Assembly: GCA_002329295.1 (NCBI GenBank)
Contig: DCTT01000026.1
Span: forward strand, 463,135 to 527,134
DNA length: 64,000 bases
Source of the DNA: Eubacteriaceae bacterium UBA1433
Lineage (GTDB): Bacteria; Bacillota; Clostridia; Eubacteriales; UBA1433
Direction of reading: 5' to 3'
In this document: in pieces, positions 17,464-27,760 of the stretch
How positions within the stretch are numbered: position 1 is the first letter of the stretch
Layout: every line of letters begins with the position of its first letter
Notes under the pieces: model-generated
Told to the model about the DNA's origin: nothing
Databases searched by the model: none
The model's input: only the letters and a program-made list of their open reading frames with translations
Program-made: the position numbers and the translations under genes

Positions 17464-18549
17464 ATGGTAGAAACAATCCATGTAACGATGGAACAGCTGA
17501 AACAAGTGGCCTTTGACACGTTGGTATCGTTCGGTTTCAGTGAAGAAGAAGCCCGCCACGGTGCAGAAGTGCTTTATGCTTCCGATGTGCGGGGCGTGGA
17601 CTCCCATGGTGTGGCACGGCTCGAATTTTATGAAAACATGCTGGCAAAAGGCATGATCAACAAAGAAGCAAAATTGACGGTGCTTTCAGAGACGCCGGCA
17701 ATGGCGTATTTGGATGCACAAAACGGTTTGGGAATCGTTATGGCGCCTCAGGCAATGGACGTATGCATTGAAAAAGCGAAAAAATCCGGTATCGGTATGG
17801 TAAGCGTGGTAAACGGCGGACATTTCGGGATTGCAGGATATTATGCGCTGAAAGCCGTAAAAGAAGACATGATCGGTTTTTGTGTGGCAAACTCGGCGCC
17901 GGTTATGGCAGCGTTTGGAGGCAGAGGAACCGTACTTGGCAACAGCCCGGTGAGTATTGCTTTTCCGCAAGGAGCAGACGGTCGAGATTGCGTAATGTTG
18001 GATATGGCCTGCAGCAGCGTGGCTTATGGCAAGATTCAGATTGCAGACCGTAAAAATGAAAAACTGCCCATCGGTTGGGGAGTAGACGAAGAAGGAGTGG
18101 ACACGGAAGATCCGCAAGATTTGCTGTCGCGTCCTGGATCGTTGCTGCCCTTTGGCGGAGCAAAAGGATACTGCCTGGGCGTATTGCTCGAAATGATGGC
18201 GGCGGTGCTGCCGGGGGCGAACACAGGTGTAGACGTTGGCTGGATCAAAACAGAAGGTATGAAAGAAAACCTGGGGTATCTGTTTATCGCCATCGATGTC
18301 AAACAATTGCGTCCCATGGCGGACATTGAAAAAGACATCGAATATTACACAACAAAACTGAAAAGCACTCAACCTGCAAAAGGCAATAACGAAGTGTTCT
18401 TGCCGGGAGAGATCGAACATAAGAATGTAAAAAAACGCGAAAAAGAAGGAGTGGACTTAAATATCAACGTGGCAAAAGATTTGTTGAGGTTGGCAAAACA
18501 ATACGGTCGTCTCGGTGAAGAGGCAACAATTGAAGATTTATTTAAGTAA
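17464..18549 (+). CDS. Ldh_2-family (malate/L-lactate/sulfolactate-type) NAD(P)H-dependent oxidoreductase
   Basis: Family block DVRGVDSHGV plus an overall length of about 360 aa. ATG 17464 lies 8 nt after AAAGGAG. Confidence 0.8.
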   Translation: MVETIHVTMEQLKQVAFDTLVSFGFSEEEARHGAEVLYASDVRGVDSHGVARLEFYENMLAKGMINKEAKLTVLSETPAMAYLDAQNGLGIVMAPQAMDVCIEKAKKSGIGMVSVVNGGHFGIAGYYALKAVKEDMIGFCVANSAPVMAAFGGRGTVLGNSPVSIAFPQGADGRDCVMLDMACSSVAYGKIQIADRKNEKLPIGWGVDEEGVDTEDPQDLLSRPGSLLPFGGAKGYCLGVLLEMMAAVLPGANTGVDVGWIKTEGMKENLGYLFIAIDVKQLRPMADIEKDIEYYTTKLKSTQPAKGNNEVFLPGEIEHKNVKKREKEGVDLNINVAKDLLRLAKQYGRLGEEATIEDLFK

Positions 18550-18594
18550 AATTAAATAAATAGATTGGCAAAAAAGTAAAGGAGGAAAAAAATT

Positions 18595-20079
18595 ATGTCA
18601 ATCACACTAGGTCTTATTATCGCTTATATGATTCTGATGCTGGTTGTATCATTCATCTCAACGCGAATGATGAAAAGACAAGACACAGAAAACTTTCTGT
18701 TGGCCGGCAAAAACCTAAACTGGGTATTGGTTGGGGTTATTATCGCCGGATTGGGTATCGGCGGCGTATCTACCGTTGGCGTTGCGGAAAATGCTTACAC
18801 AGCAGGGCTTTCCGCAGGACACTATTTGACGGCTTGGGCAACCGGCGCCGTGATTTTTGGTCTGTTTATGACCAGACGCTTGAAAAAAAGCATCATCGTT
18901 ACGGTTATCGAGGCGATGGATCAGGCATTTGGTAAAGTGACCGGCTTTATCGTTATGTTGGCGCAGCTCTTTGTGGGCTTTGCAATTTTTGCCATGCAGA
19001 TGGTGGCCGGCGGTGCTATTTTGGCATCGTTGTTGCCGGATATGTTTACGCTGCAAACCGGTATGTTGGCCTCGGCGGTCATTTTTGGAGCCGTTGCCAT
19101 TATCGGCGGACTGTGGTCGGCGGCGTTGTCCAATGTGGCAAACTGCATCGTCATTATTATCGGTTTGATTGTCGGCGTTATTGCCGTTGTCAAACACTTC
19201 GGCGGTATGGCACATATTGTTGCGGCGCTTCCGCCCGGTATAAGCGGAGACGGTTCGCACTGGTTCAGTTTGTACAAAGGATATGGTTGGCCCAAACTCA
19301 TTGCACAAGTTCTTTCGTTAACGGTGCTGGCACATGCCATTCAAACTTGTACGCAAACGACGATTGCCTCCAGAGATTACAAACAGGCTCGCAACGGATT
19401 TATTTTTGCGGCGCTTTTGATGTTGCCGATGGGCTTTGTTTCGGCAATACTGGGTATCGTAGCCGCATCGCAGGTTCCGGGACTGGAAAGTGCAAAGCTG
19501 GCTTTGCCTGCAGTAATCACACAGATTAACCCGTGGATTGCAGGGCTAACCCTGGCGGGGCTTTGGGCAGCTGACGTATCAACGGCAACGGGTATTGCAG
19601 TAGGACAAAGCACGATGTTTACCCGTGATGTTATGGTAAAATACATTCGTCCCAACATGACTGAAAAAGGTCAGGTTTGGGTATCGCGTATCACCATGTT
19701 CGGCATCATCGTTTTGGGCTATTTCTTTGCTATCAACATGAAAGGAATCATTGATACGCTGATGAAGCTGCTCACACTGTGGACACCGATTGCCGTATTG
19801 ATGTTTTCTACTTTTGGAGCGCCAAAACTGGCGCGCAAGAGCTCCGGTATCGTGGTTATGTTAGGTGGTGGAGTATGGGGTATTGCCAGCATGTTTGTGC
19901 CACAGATGGTTCTTTATAATCAACCGATTATCGGAACGTTTTGTGTATCGGTAGTGCTGTGTCTGATCACGGCAATCGTTGACAAACGTCCTGCAAACTT
20001 TGAAGGCGTATACGGAAAATCTATTGAAGAAGTGGATGCCAGCGACGATCCTGTCGGAGTCGGAGGCGAAGGCGCTTAA
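18595..20079 (+). CDS. Sodium:solute symporter (SSS family)
   Basis: 494 aa with about 13 TM helices and Gly-rich SSS-type helices. GGAGG RBS. Confidence 0.8.
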   Translation: MSITLGLIIAYMILMLVVSFISTRMMKRQDTENFLLAGKNLNWVLVGVIIAGLGIGGVSTVGVAENAYTAGLSAGHYLTAWATGAVIFGLFMTRRLKKSIIVTVIEAMDQAFGKVTGFIVMLAQLFVGFAIFAMQMVAGGAILASLLPDMFTLQTGMLASAVIFGAVAIIGGLWSAALSNVANCIVIIIGLIVGVIAVVKHFGGMAHIVAALPPGISGDGSHWFSLYKGYGWPKLIAQVLSLTVLAHAIQTCTQTTIASRDYKQARNGFIFAALLMLPMGFVSAILGIVAASQVPGLESAKLALPAVITQINPWIAGLTLAGLWAADVSTATGIAVGQSTMFTRDVMVKYIRPNMTEKGQVWVSRITMFGIIVLGYFFAINMKGIIDTLMKLLTLWTPIAVLMFSTFGAPKLARKSSGIVVMLGGGVWGIASMFVPQMVLYNQPIIGTFCVSVVLCLITAIVDKRPANFEGVYGKSIEEVDASDDPVGVGGEGA

Positions 20080-20120
20080 GTTCAAGCATTCTTGAATAAA
20101 GCAAGGTTTGGATGTACACA

Positions 20121-20152
20121 AAAGACACCTGAAAACTTCAGGTGTCTTTTTA
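20121..20152 (+). terminator. Rho-independent terminator after the symporter
   Basis: agacacctgaa/ttcaggtgtct hairpin followed by T5. Confidence 0.85.
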
Positions 20153-20296
20153 TAAGATGGTGTTTCTAAGCACGATTTAGAATGTAAAGGAACAGGGAAA
20201 ATGAAAAAAAAGGTTTATTGACAGTTGTATCGAACGTGAACTATACTGTAAAAGAGCGGAAATCAAAAAGATAAATGCGAAGAGGAAGGTAGTAGA

Positions 20297-20545
20297 ATGG
20301 GTATTTTAGGTTGGATGATTGTAGGTGCACTGGCCGGTTGGCTCAGCAGTATCTTGGTAGGAAAAAATGATCGCAAGGGGTGTATTGGCAATATCGTTGT
20401 GGGTGTTATCGGTGCGTTTATCGGCGGATTCGTTATGCGAATTTTTGGCTTTGACGGAATCACAAGATTTAATCTTTGGAGTATTTTGGTAGCCACGCTG
20501 GGCGCGGTAATACTTTTATTTATCTTGAATGTAATAAGACGTTAA
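20297..20545 (+). CDS. GlsB/YeaQ/YmgE-family stress-response membrane protein
   Basis: 82 aa. MGILGWMIVGALAGWLSS... is a typical N-terminus for this family. Confidence 0.8.
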   Translation: MGILGWMIVGALAGWLSSILVGKNDRKGCIGNIVVGVIGAFIGGFVMRIFGFDGITRFNLWSILVATLGAVILLFILNVIRR

Positions 20546-20548
20546 TGA

Positions 20549-20588
20549 AACAATAAAAAAAGAGGGTGTGCCCTCTTTTTTTATTGTT
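20549..20588. terminator. Bidirectional terminator formed by a long perfect palindrome
   Basis: 18-nt arms aacaataaaaaaagaggg/ccctctttttttattgtt with a 4-nt loop, located between convergent genes. Confidence 0.85.
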
Positions 20589-20645
20589 CATCCGGTCATT
20601 TTGTTAGCAAGATATCGGATATTGCTTTCAACTCACGTTATCTCA

Positions 20646-20948
20646 TTAAACGATTTGAATTTTTTTGCCTTTGGTATCACCTTTTATTTTTTCGATGGCT
20701 TCTTCCCAGGCTTCAAGGCCGATGTCTTCGTTGTAATAAAGCGGTGTTTCGTTGAGGTGCGCCAAGGCAATTTTTGCTGTGACAAGCCGATCGTCATCGG
20801 TGACGTTGGTTTCTTTATCTACGGTGCCGTGCTCGAGTTCGATATTCATACCTTCTAAAAACTCTTCAACCGTATAGCCCTCTTTATTGAAGTCGATTTT
20901 CAATTCTTCAGCGGCTTTTTTTGCATCTTCTAAAGTAAATTTTTTCAT
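20646..20948 (-). CDS. Small acidic conserved hypothetical protein (DUF5661-like is a guess)
   Basis: 100-aa ORF with a GAAAGGA RBS. It has an ...IELEHGT... block. No function can be inferred. Confidence 0.55.
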   Translation of the reverse strand: MKKFTLEDAKKAAEELKIDFNKEGYTVEEFLEGMNIELEHGTVDKETNVTDDDRLVTAKIALAHLNETPLYYNEDIGLEAWEEAIEKIKGDTKGKKIQIV

Positions 20949-21136
20949 GGGATTTCCTTTCTGACCTATTTAAATAGGAGTAATTAAAAAAATGCATAGT
21001 ACATTTTTATCAACATTATAACACAAAAGAGCAAAAAAGAGACGGTTCTGACAAAGCAAATGTAAAATGATGGAAAAACATTTTGCAGTTTTGTTATGAA
21101 AAGATGAAATACATATTTTTTTCCTGAAAAAATGGT

Positions 21137-23350
21137 ATGATAAGATATAATATTTTAAGGCTTATGAAAAACACAATGAAAAAAAATAATGGAAAAAATT
21201 TAAAAAAATCACTGTTCGGCATGCGACGCGCATACTCCAAAGTCGATCGGCAGACACTCATGGCTTGTTATGGCAACCGTCTTGTTCCGCAAGATGAAAT
21301 AGGCTCTTTTAAGGTGCGACCGGGTTTGTTTACGCAAAACGGTGCAGTAATCATTCCGGGCGGTGTGAGCTTTACGATTCATTCGCAAAATGCAACCGCC
21401 GTGTCCCTTGCTTTGTTTCATCGAAAAGAGCAAGAACCTTTTGCTGTTTTGCCGTTTTTGCCTACCTATCGCATTGGAGATGTGTACTCGATGATCGTGT
21501 TTGATATCGATATTGCAGAAATAGAATATGCCTACATTGTGGACGGACCCTATGATCCTGCACAAGGACTGATTTTTGATTCGAGTCGATATGTTCTTGA
21601 TCCTTATAGTCGTGTAGTGGCAGGCAGGAGCCAATGGGGAAAAAAAGGTCATAAAACGTACCATGGTCGTGTGGTAAGCTCGGACTTTGATTGGAAAGAC
21701 AGTGTGTCTCCGAATCATCGGCTGGAAGACTTGATCATTTATGAGTTACATGTACGGGGGTTTACGAAACACGCTTCTTCTAAGGTGGCGCATCCGGGAA
21801 CCTTTGAAGGATTAAAAGAAAAAATACCCTATTTGGTGGAACTCGGTGTCACCTGCGTAGAATTAATGCCGATTTTTGAATTTGATGAATGGGGAGACGA
21901 TCGCATTTATAACGGTAGGCAACTGTATGACTATTGGGGATATAATCCGATTTCTTTTTTTGCACCCAACACAGCGTATGCTTCTAAAGCGGAGGTAAAC
22001 AAAGAGGGAACAGAGCTCAAAAGCCTGATTCGTGCGCTGCACGATCATGGCATAGAGGTTTTTTTGGATGTGGTATTTAATCATACCGCCGAAGGCAACG
22101 AACAAGGTCCTTTTATTTCTTTTAAAGGATTGGATAACAATGTATATTATTTACTTTCTCCTGAAGGCAAATATTATAACTTCAGCGGGTGCGGAAATAC
22201 ATTAAATACCAACCATCCCGTGGTGCAGCAGATGATTATGGAAAGCCTTCGCTATTGGCGAACCGAATACAGAATAGACGGATTTCGTTTTGATTTGGCT
22301 TCTATTTTGGGACGCAGCGAAGACGGCACGCCGATGAACAATCCGCCGTTGCTAAAAAATCTGGCGTTTGATCCGATATTATCGGGTGTCAAACTTATTG
22401 CGGAAGCCTGGGATGCGGCCGGACTCTATCAAGTGGGCTCGTTTCCTTCCTGGCATCGCTGGTCGGAATGGAACGGAAAATATCGCGATGATATCAGAAG
22501 ATTTTTGCGGGGAGATGAAAATCTGGCCTGGACGGCAGTGGAGCGCATTTGCGGTTCTCGTGACTTGTATGATCCGATTTACAGGGGCGAAGACGCGTCG
22601 ATTAATTTCATCACCTGTCATGACGGTTTTACGCTGCGGGACGTGTTTTCCTATAACGAAAAACACAACGAAGAAAACGGATGGAATAATACGGACGGTG
22701 AAAATTATAACCACAGCACCAATTGCGGCGTGGAAGGAGAAACAGATGACGAAGCGATTAATGCTTTGCGGCGCAAAATGGTAAAGAATGCTTGTGCCAT
22801 ATTGCTTTTTAGTCACGGCACGCCGATGATTTTAGCAGGAGACGAATTTTACAATACGCAAAACGGCAACAACAACCCCTATTGCCAAGACAATGAAATA
22901 TCGTGGCTCAATTGGCAGCAACGCAAAGAAGAAGCGGATATTTTTGCATTTTTTCAATATATGATTCGGCTGCGAAAAGAACATCCTGCCATGCGTGACG
23001 GTCAAGAAAAAGCACGCTGCGGATTTCCGAAAGTCAGTGCTCACGGAGAAAAGGCCTGGTATTTGGATCGGGGCAAACAAACAAAAACCATCGGTGTGAT
23101 GTTTGCGTATTTTGTTCCGGAAAAGAATGAAGATGATATTGTGTATTTGGCAGCCAACAGTGCGACGCAGGCAAAGACGATGGAATTGCCGTTATTGCCA
23201 AAAGGCATGAAATGGAAAGCGGTGATCAATACGGCGGCAGGTCCTCATTACGATTATGGCGTGCACGTGAAACAAAGTGTACTGTCCGGACAGTATTTAC
23301 AAATTGATCAACAAGCGGTCATAGTGCTGATAGCAGAAAAAATCCAATAG
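21137..23350 (+). CDS. glgX: Glycogen debranching enzyme / isoamylase (GH13, GlgX type); start codon uncertain
   Basis: GH13 regions FLDVVFNHTAEG, DGFRFDLASIL, KLIAEAWD and INFITCHDGFTLRD. No signal peptide. Alternative starts lie within the first ~40 codons. Confidence 0.88.
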   Translation: MIRYNILRLMKNTMKKNNGKNLKKSLFGMRRAYSKVDRQTLMACYGNRLVPQDEIGSFKVRPGLFTQNGAVIIPGGVSFTIHSQNATAVSLALFHRKEQEPFAVLPFLPTYRIGDVYSMIVFDIDIAEIEYAYIVDGPYDPAQGLIFDSSRYVLDPYSRVVAGRSQWGKKGHKTYHGRVVSSDFDWKDSVSPNHRLEDLIIYELHVRGFTKHASSKVAHPGTFEGLKEKIPYLVELGVTCVELMPIFEFDEWGDDRIYNGRQLYDYWGYNPISFFAPNTAYASKAEVNKEGTELKSLIRALHDHGIEVFLDVVFNHTAEGNEQGPFISFKGLDNNVYYLLSPEGKYYNFSGCGNTLNTNHPVVQQMIMESLRYWRTEYRIDGFRFDLASILGRSEDGTPMNNPPLLKNLAFDPILSGVKLIAEAWDAAGLYQVGSFPSWHRWSEWNGKYRDDIRRFLRGDENLAWTAVERICGSRDLYDPIYRGEDASINFITCHDGFTLRDVFSYNEKHNEENGWNNTDGENYNHSTNCGVEGETDDEAINALRRKMVKNACAILLFSHGTPMILAGDEFYNTQNGNNNPYCQDNEISWLNWQQRKEEADIFAFFQYMIRLRKEHPAMRDGQEKARCGFPKVSAHGEKAWYLDRGKQTKTIGVMFAYFVPEKNEDDIVYLAANSATQAKTMELPLLPKGMKWKAVINTAAGPHYDYGVHVKQSVLSGQYLQIDQQAVIVLIAEKIQ

Positions 23351-23367
23351 ATTGCTTGCAAAAAAAA

Positions 23368-23397
23368 ACACCTTCAGCAACGGGCAAGGTGTTTTTT
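23368..23397. terminator. Bidirectional rho-independent terminator
   Basis: acacctt/aaggtgt hairpin with an A9 run upstream and a T6 run downstream. Confidence 0.7.
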
Positions 23398-23411
23398 AAT
23401 ATTTATTATCT

Positions 23412-23996
23412 TCAAAACCCATTGAAAATTGTTTCTACGATCTCTATGGTGATGCTGTCATTGTCATTGTCCAAAAATTGAGAAGCAATTTCCAACAAGA
23501 GATTTCGTCCTTCTTCATCGGTTTTCCCCACAGCGCCCAAGATGGATGAAGTGAGCATCGGTACTTCGTTGGTGGAGATATGTTGATTTTTTTTCTGTGC
23601 ACCCAAAAGGCCCAGTACCATAGGTGCCAATTGGTTGAGCAGTACGCCGACTTGTCCGACATTCAGCCCGGATTGTTTTGCCAGATTTTCTTGTACACGG
23701 GCGTTTTTATCCGAAAAGACGTGTCGAAGGATGCGAGCACCGTCTTTTGTGTCGATGTTCTGAAAAAATTCCGACAAATTATTCAAATCAAAATGTTGAT
23801 GATCGTCCAGTGCGTATGAAAGCGATCGTACTCCCTGAAGGGTAGCGGTGTTGCGATTGAGCGCTTCAAGTAATATGGGGATGGCTATTGTGGCCAGTTG
23901 TTGCGCTTTTTCAGGACTGGTATTGGCGTTTCGGCTGATTTGATTAAAGGAGCCCGAAGTAGACAACAAAGAAGTTAATTGCTGCAAGATGTCCAT
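23412..23996 (-). CDS. DUF937-like protein of unknown function
   Basis: 194 aa. Blocks ...ILRHVFSDKN... and ...LAPMVLGLLGAQKK... resemble DUF937. Confidence 0.55.
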   Translation of the reverse strand: MDILQQLTSLLSTSGSFNQISRNANTSPEKAQQLATIAIPILLEALNRNTATLQGVRSLSYALDDHQHFDLNNLSEFFQNIDTKDGARILRHVFSDKNARVQENLAKQSGLNVGQVGVLLNQLAPMVLGLLGAQKKNQHISTNEVPMLTSSILGAVGKTDEEGRNLLLEIASQFLDNDNDSITIEIVETIFNGF

Positions 23997-24092
23997 AACA
24001 AAATTCCTTTCGGTATTCGGTATATAATTTCAAAAATATTTATATAACAATTATTATAACATGTTTTTGTGCTATAAGTGCAAGTATTTCTT

Positions 24093-25580
24093 TTAATTGC
24101 TCTCTCTTGCTTTCGCAACAGCCTTGTGCCAGCCCGCAAAAAGCGCTTTTTGTTGAGACGGTGCCATCTGAGGCGAAAAGATTTTGATGGACGCATCAGA
24201 ATAGGAGTTGTTTTGTATTGAATCATAAAACCCTACCGTGAAACCCGCCAAGACAGCGGCGCCTAAAGCAGTGACTTCGACCGTTGCCGGTCGAACAAGG
24301 GTAATTTGTGAAATATCTGATTGAAACTGCATCAAAAAATCATTGGTGCAGGCGCCGCCGTCTACTTTGAGTTGTGTCAATGGAATCTGCGTATCTTTTT
24401 CAATCGAAATCAAAACGTCATTTACCTGATAGGCGATGGCTTCTAAGGCAGCGCGAACAAGATGGTTTTTGTTTGTGCCGCGGGTGATACCTGTAATAAT
24501 GCCTCGAGCGGACATGTCCCAATAGGGTGCGCCGAGACCGGCAAAAGCCGGAACAATATAGACACCTCCAGTGTCCTCGACTTTTTTTGCCATTTCTTCG
24601 GATTGTGTTGAGGAAGAGAGGAGACCTATTTCATCCCGGAGCCATTGAATCAAAGCGCCGGCGATAAACACACTGCCTTCCATGGCATAGGCAATTTCAT
24701 TATGTGTGCTGGCGGCAAGTGTGGTAATCAGGCCGTTTTTGCTCAGCTGCATTTTAGAGCCGATATGTTCTAAAATAAAACAACCGGTACCGTAGGTGTT
24801 TTTTGCATCACCGGGTGCCAAACAACCTTGTCCGAGTAAAGAAGCCTGCTGATCTCCGCACAGAGCGGCGATAGGGATCGGTGTGCCCCGGACATTGCAA
24901 TCGCCGTAGATGTCGCCGGAATTTTTGACTTGTGCCAACATGCTGGGCGGGATATCGAAAGCATGCAAAAGATTTTCATCCCAGGACAGTGAGCAAATGT
25001 CATAAAGCATGGTGCGTGAAGCGTTGGTATGGTCTGTGGCGAAAACAGCGCCGTCAGTGAACTTATAAAGCAACCAGGTGTCGATGGTACCGAAAAGCAA
25101 ATCGCCCTTTTTGGCTTGCGCCCTCGCCCCCGGAACGGTATCTAAAATCCATTTGATTTTTGTGGCGGAAAAATAAGCATCGAGAACCAGACCGGTGTGT
25201 TTGTGGATATAAGGCTCCCAGCCTTCTTGTTTGAACTGTCGGCAAATGTGCTCTGTACGTCGGCATTGCCACACGATGGCATGATAAATGGGTTTTTGGC
25301 TGTGACGATCCCAGATTACCGTGGTTTCGCGTTGATTGGTGATGCCGATGGCGGCTATCTGGCTAGGTGCAATCTCCCGGTTGGAGAGCAGATTCAGCAG
25401 CGTCTCTTTTTGAACGCGATAAATTTCTTCGGCATCATGCTCCACATAGCCTGCCGAGGGGTAGATTTGTTTAAATTCCTTGGATTCGGCAGCCACAAAA
25501 CGGCGATTTTTATCAAATAAAATGGCTCTACAAGAGGTGGTTCCCGCGTCCAAAGCAATGACATATTGTTTAGTTTTCAT
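24093..25580 (-). CDS. glpK: Glycerol kinase
   Basis: FGGY-family N-terminus YVIALDAGTTSCRAILFD and ~495 aa. ATG 25580 follows AGGTG. The listed ORF start is an upstream GTG. Confidence 0.92.
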   Translation of the reverse strand: MKTKQYVIALDAGTTSCRAILFDKNRRFVAAESKEFKQIYPSAGYVEHDAEEIYRVQKETLLNLLSNREIAPSQIAAIGITNQRETTVIWDRHSQKPIYHAIVWQCRRTEHICRQFKQEGWEPYIHKHTGLVLDAYFSATKIKWILDTVPGARAQAKKGDLLFGTIDTWLLYKFTDGAVFATDHTNASRTMLYDICSLSWDENLLHAFDIPPSMLAQVKNSGDIYGDCNVRGTPIPIAALCGDQQASLLGQGCLAPGDAKNTYGTGCFILEHIGSKMQLSKNGLITTLAASTHNEIAYAMEGSVFIAGALIQWLRDEIGLLSSSTQSEEMAKKVEDTGGVYIVPAFAGLGAPYWDMSARGIITGITRGTNKNHLVRAALEAIAYQVNDVLISIEKDTQIPLTQLKVDGGACTNDFLMQFQSDISQITLVRPATVEVTALGAAVLAGFTVGFYDSIQNNSYSDASIKIFSPQMAPSQQKALFAGWHKAVAKARESN

Positions 25581-26505
25581 GGCCTGCACCTAAAATATTT
25601 TTTTTGATAAATGCGTAAATATCTTCATAGACTTCCGTTTTATTGACTTCATTGAGCATTTCGTGGCGCCCGTGAGGATAAAGCAACAAAGAAAGGTTTT
25701 CGATTTTGGCTTCGCGCATGCGATCATATACTTTCTGAACGCCTTTTCCCATGCTTCCCACAGGATCCATAAGACCGGAGAGGAGCAAATAGGGCTTGGT
25801 TCGATCAAAGCGTGTTGCCCAATGGGGCAAACTCACGGTCTGCAGAAGGGAGAAAAGGTCATAAAATCCGGAAACGGTGAAAACAAAACCGCACTTTTCA
25901 TCGGCGATATAACGGTCAACAGCGTTTTCATCGCGGCTCAGCCAATCAAAAGGAGTACGATTAGGAAAAAAGGGTTTGTTATAGAGTTTAAAGGCCATAT
26001 TTTGCAGCAGTGTGCCGGGATGTTTCTTGCCCATAAAAAGCATTTGTCCACGGGCAAGGGCTTTGCCTATAGCGGTGGCGATATTGGGACCTGCCGTGCC
26101 GCTGAAAATATATCCGTCAATATCGGAAAGATTTTGTGCGGCGATATAGCGTGCAAAGAAAGATCCCATAGAGTGCCCCATCAAAAAAAGGGGCGTTGAG
26201 GGAAAGGTTTCTTTGACGGTATCCTTTAACTGTAAAATACATTCTGCGGCATATTGATAACCGTCTTTTTTGGCAAAAAAACCAAAACCCTCCTGTGCCG
26301 AAGCGCCGTGTCCGGGAAGGTCGAGACCGATGACGGCGATTTGTTTTTGGGCAAGAAAACGTGCAAAATCATCGTAGCGCCTCATGTGTTCGCACATGCC
26401 GTGAACGATGAAAAGAATACATACGGGTTCGCTGTCAGGCGCCCAAAAATATGTAGACAGCGCCTGATTGGTGGAAGAAAGCATTTCATAATGCGAATAG
26501 TTCAA
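25570..26505 (-). CDS. Alpha/beta hydrolase (lysophospholipase / monoacylglycerol-lipase-like)
   Basis: Nucleophile elbow GHSMGS and oxyanion region VHGMCEH. Start is uncertain (TTG 26505 follows GAGGAG, or ATG 26484). The 3' end overlaps the glpK start. Confidence 0.75.
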   Translation of the reverse strand: MNYSHYEMLSSTNQALSTYFWAPDSEPVCILFIVHGMCEHMRRYDDFARFLAQKQIAVIGLDLPGHGASAQEGFGFFAKKDGYQYAAECILQLKDTVKETFPSTPLFLMGHSMGSFFARYIAAQNLSDIDGYIFSGTAGPNIATAIGKALARGQMLFMGKKHPGTLLQNMAFKLYNKPFFPNRTPFDWLSRDENAVDRYIADEKCGFVFTVSGFYDLFSLLQTVSLPHWATRFDRTKPYLLLSGLMDPVGSMGKGVQKVYDRMREAKIENLSLLLYPHGRHEMLNEVNKTEVYEDIYAFIKKNILGAGHEN

Positions 26506-26599
26506 TCGACAAGTCTCCTCGTAAAATGATATTGTTATAATAAAACGACAAATATCGGCAATAAAAGAACACCGAAACAAACAGGTTGTCAAAGAATGT

Positions 26600-27760
26600 T
26601 TACAGTGAAGGGGTTGTGCAATAAATACTCATTATCCCCATTGTGTCGTTTTCTTCGGGCTTTGTTTTTTTGCCGTTTGCCACGGCAATCATTTCTTCAA
26701 AGATTTCGGCGCCTAAATCTTCAATGGAAGTGCCTTCTACAATTTTGCCGGCATTGATATCCATATCATCTTTCATACGTTCATAAAGCTGTGTGGTCGA
26801 GGCGATTTTCATTACGGGAACCGTGGGAAAACCAAAAGGGTTGCCTCGGCCGGTGGTGAATAAAACCATCTGTGAGCCGCCCGATACCACGGCTGTGGTG
26901 GATTCGGTGTCATATCCCGTGGCGTCCATAACAATCAGCCCTTTTTCATCGGGGATGGTGCCGTTGTCGACTACCTGATTGATGGTCGTGTGACCGCCTT
27001 TGATAACGCAGCCCAGGCTTTTTTCCTGAATCGTGGTCATGCCGCCGGCCATATTTCCGGGAGCGATGACAAAATCGGCTTGGTCGCCCATACAGCGTTC
27101 CACAAGCTTATACCGTTGCGAAATGATGCGCTCTAAATCCGCCGCAACTTTTTCGTCTTTGGCGCGGGATTTGAGAATATCCAAAGTGCCGATGAGTTCG
27201 GTGGTTTCCGTGAGAATCACTCGTCCGCCCTGTTCGATGAGCTTGTCACAGGCAATGCCAACGGCGCTGTTGGCAGTGCTGCCCGAAAAGGCATCGCTTC
27301 CGCCGCATTGCAGGCCGACGGTTAACTCGGAAATATCGAAAGGCACTCTTTTTTCAGAGGCTGCCTCCGCTAAAAATCGTTGTAAAATGGGCACTGCCGC
27401 ATCGGCGGTTTTATAGGTTCCGCCTGTTTGTTGAATATTGAGATAGGCAACTTTTTGTCCTGCCGCCTTGATGTCTTCATATAGCTGAGGGGTATTGAGA
27501 ATCTCGCATCCCAATGCAACAATTAAAACGGCGGAAATGTTGGGATGTGTGGCAACATTGAAAAAAGTTTTATGATGCAATGCCGTATCAGCAGGCCCGC
27601 GACCACAGCCATAAGCGTGCATCAAAGTGACAACTTCGGGAACGCGCTGTTTGATTTTATCGATGACGCCGTTGCAACAGCCTACAGAAGGCAGTACAAT
27701 GACATGGTTGCGTATGCCATATCTGCCGTCAGCTCGCTTATATCCATATAAGGTAGTCAT
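26600..27760 (-). CDS. UxaA-family (altronate/galactarate dehydratase-like) large subunit
   Basis: 386 aa. The N-terminus ...GYKRADGRYGIRNHVIVLPSVGCCN... is typical of the UxaA C-terminal catalytic domain encoded as a separate polypeptide. Confidence 0.85.
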   Translation of the reverse strand: MTTLYGYKRADGRYGIRNHVIVLPSVGCCNGVIDKIKQRVPEVVTLMHAYGCGRGPADTALHHKTFFNVATHPNISAVLIVALGCEILNTPQLYEDIKAAGQKVAYLNIQQTGGTYKTADAAVPILQRFLAEAASEKRVPFDISELTVGLQCGGSDAFSGSTANSAVGIACDKLIEQGGRVILTETTELIGTLDILKSRAKDEKVAADLERIISQRYKLVERCMGDQADFVIAPGNMAGGMTTIQEKSLGCVIKGGHTTINQVVDNGTIPDEKGLIVMDATGYDTESTTAVVSGGSQMVLFTTGRGNPFGFPTVPVMKIASTTQLYERMKDDMDINAGKIVEGTSIEDLGAEIFEEMIAVANGKKTKPEENDTMGIMSIYCTTPSL

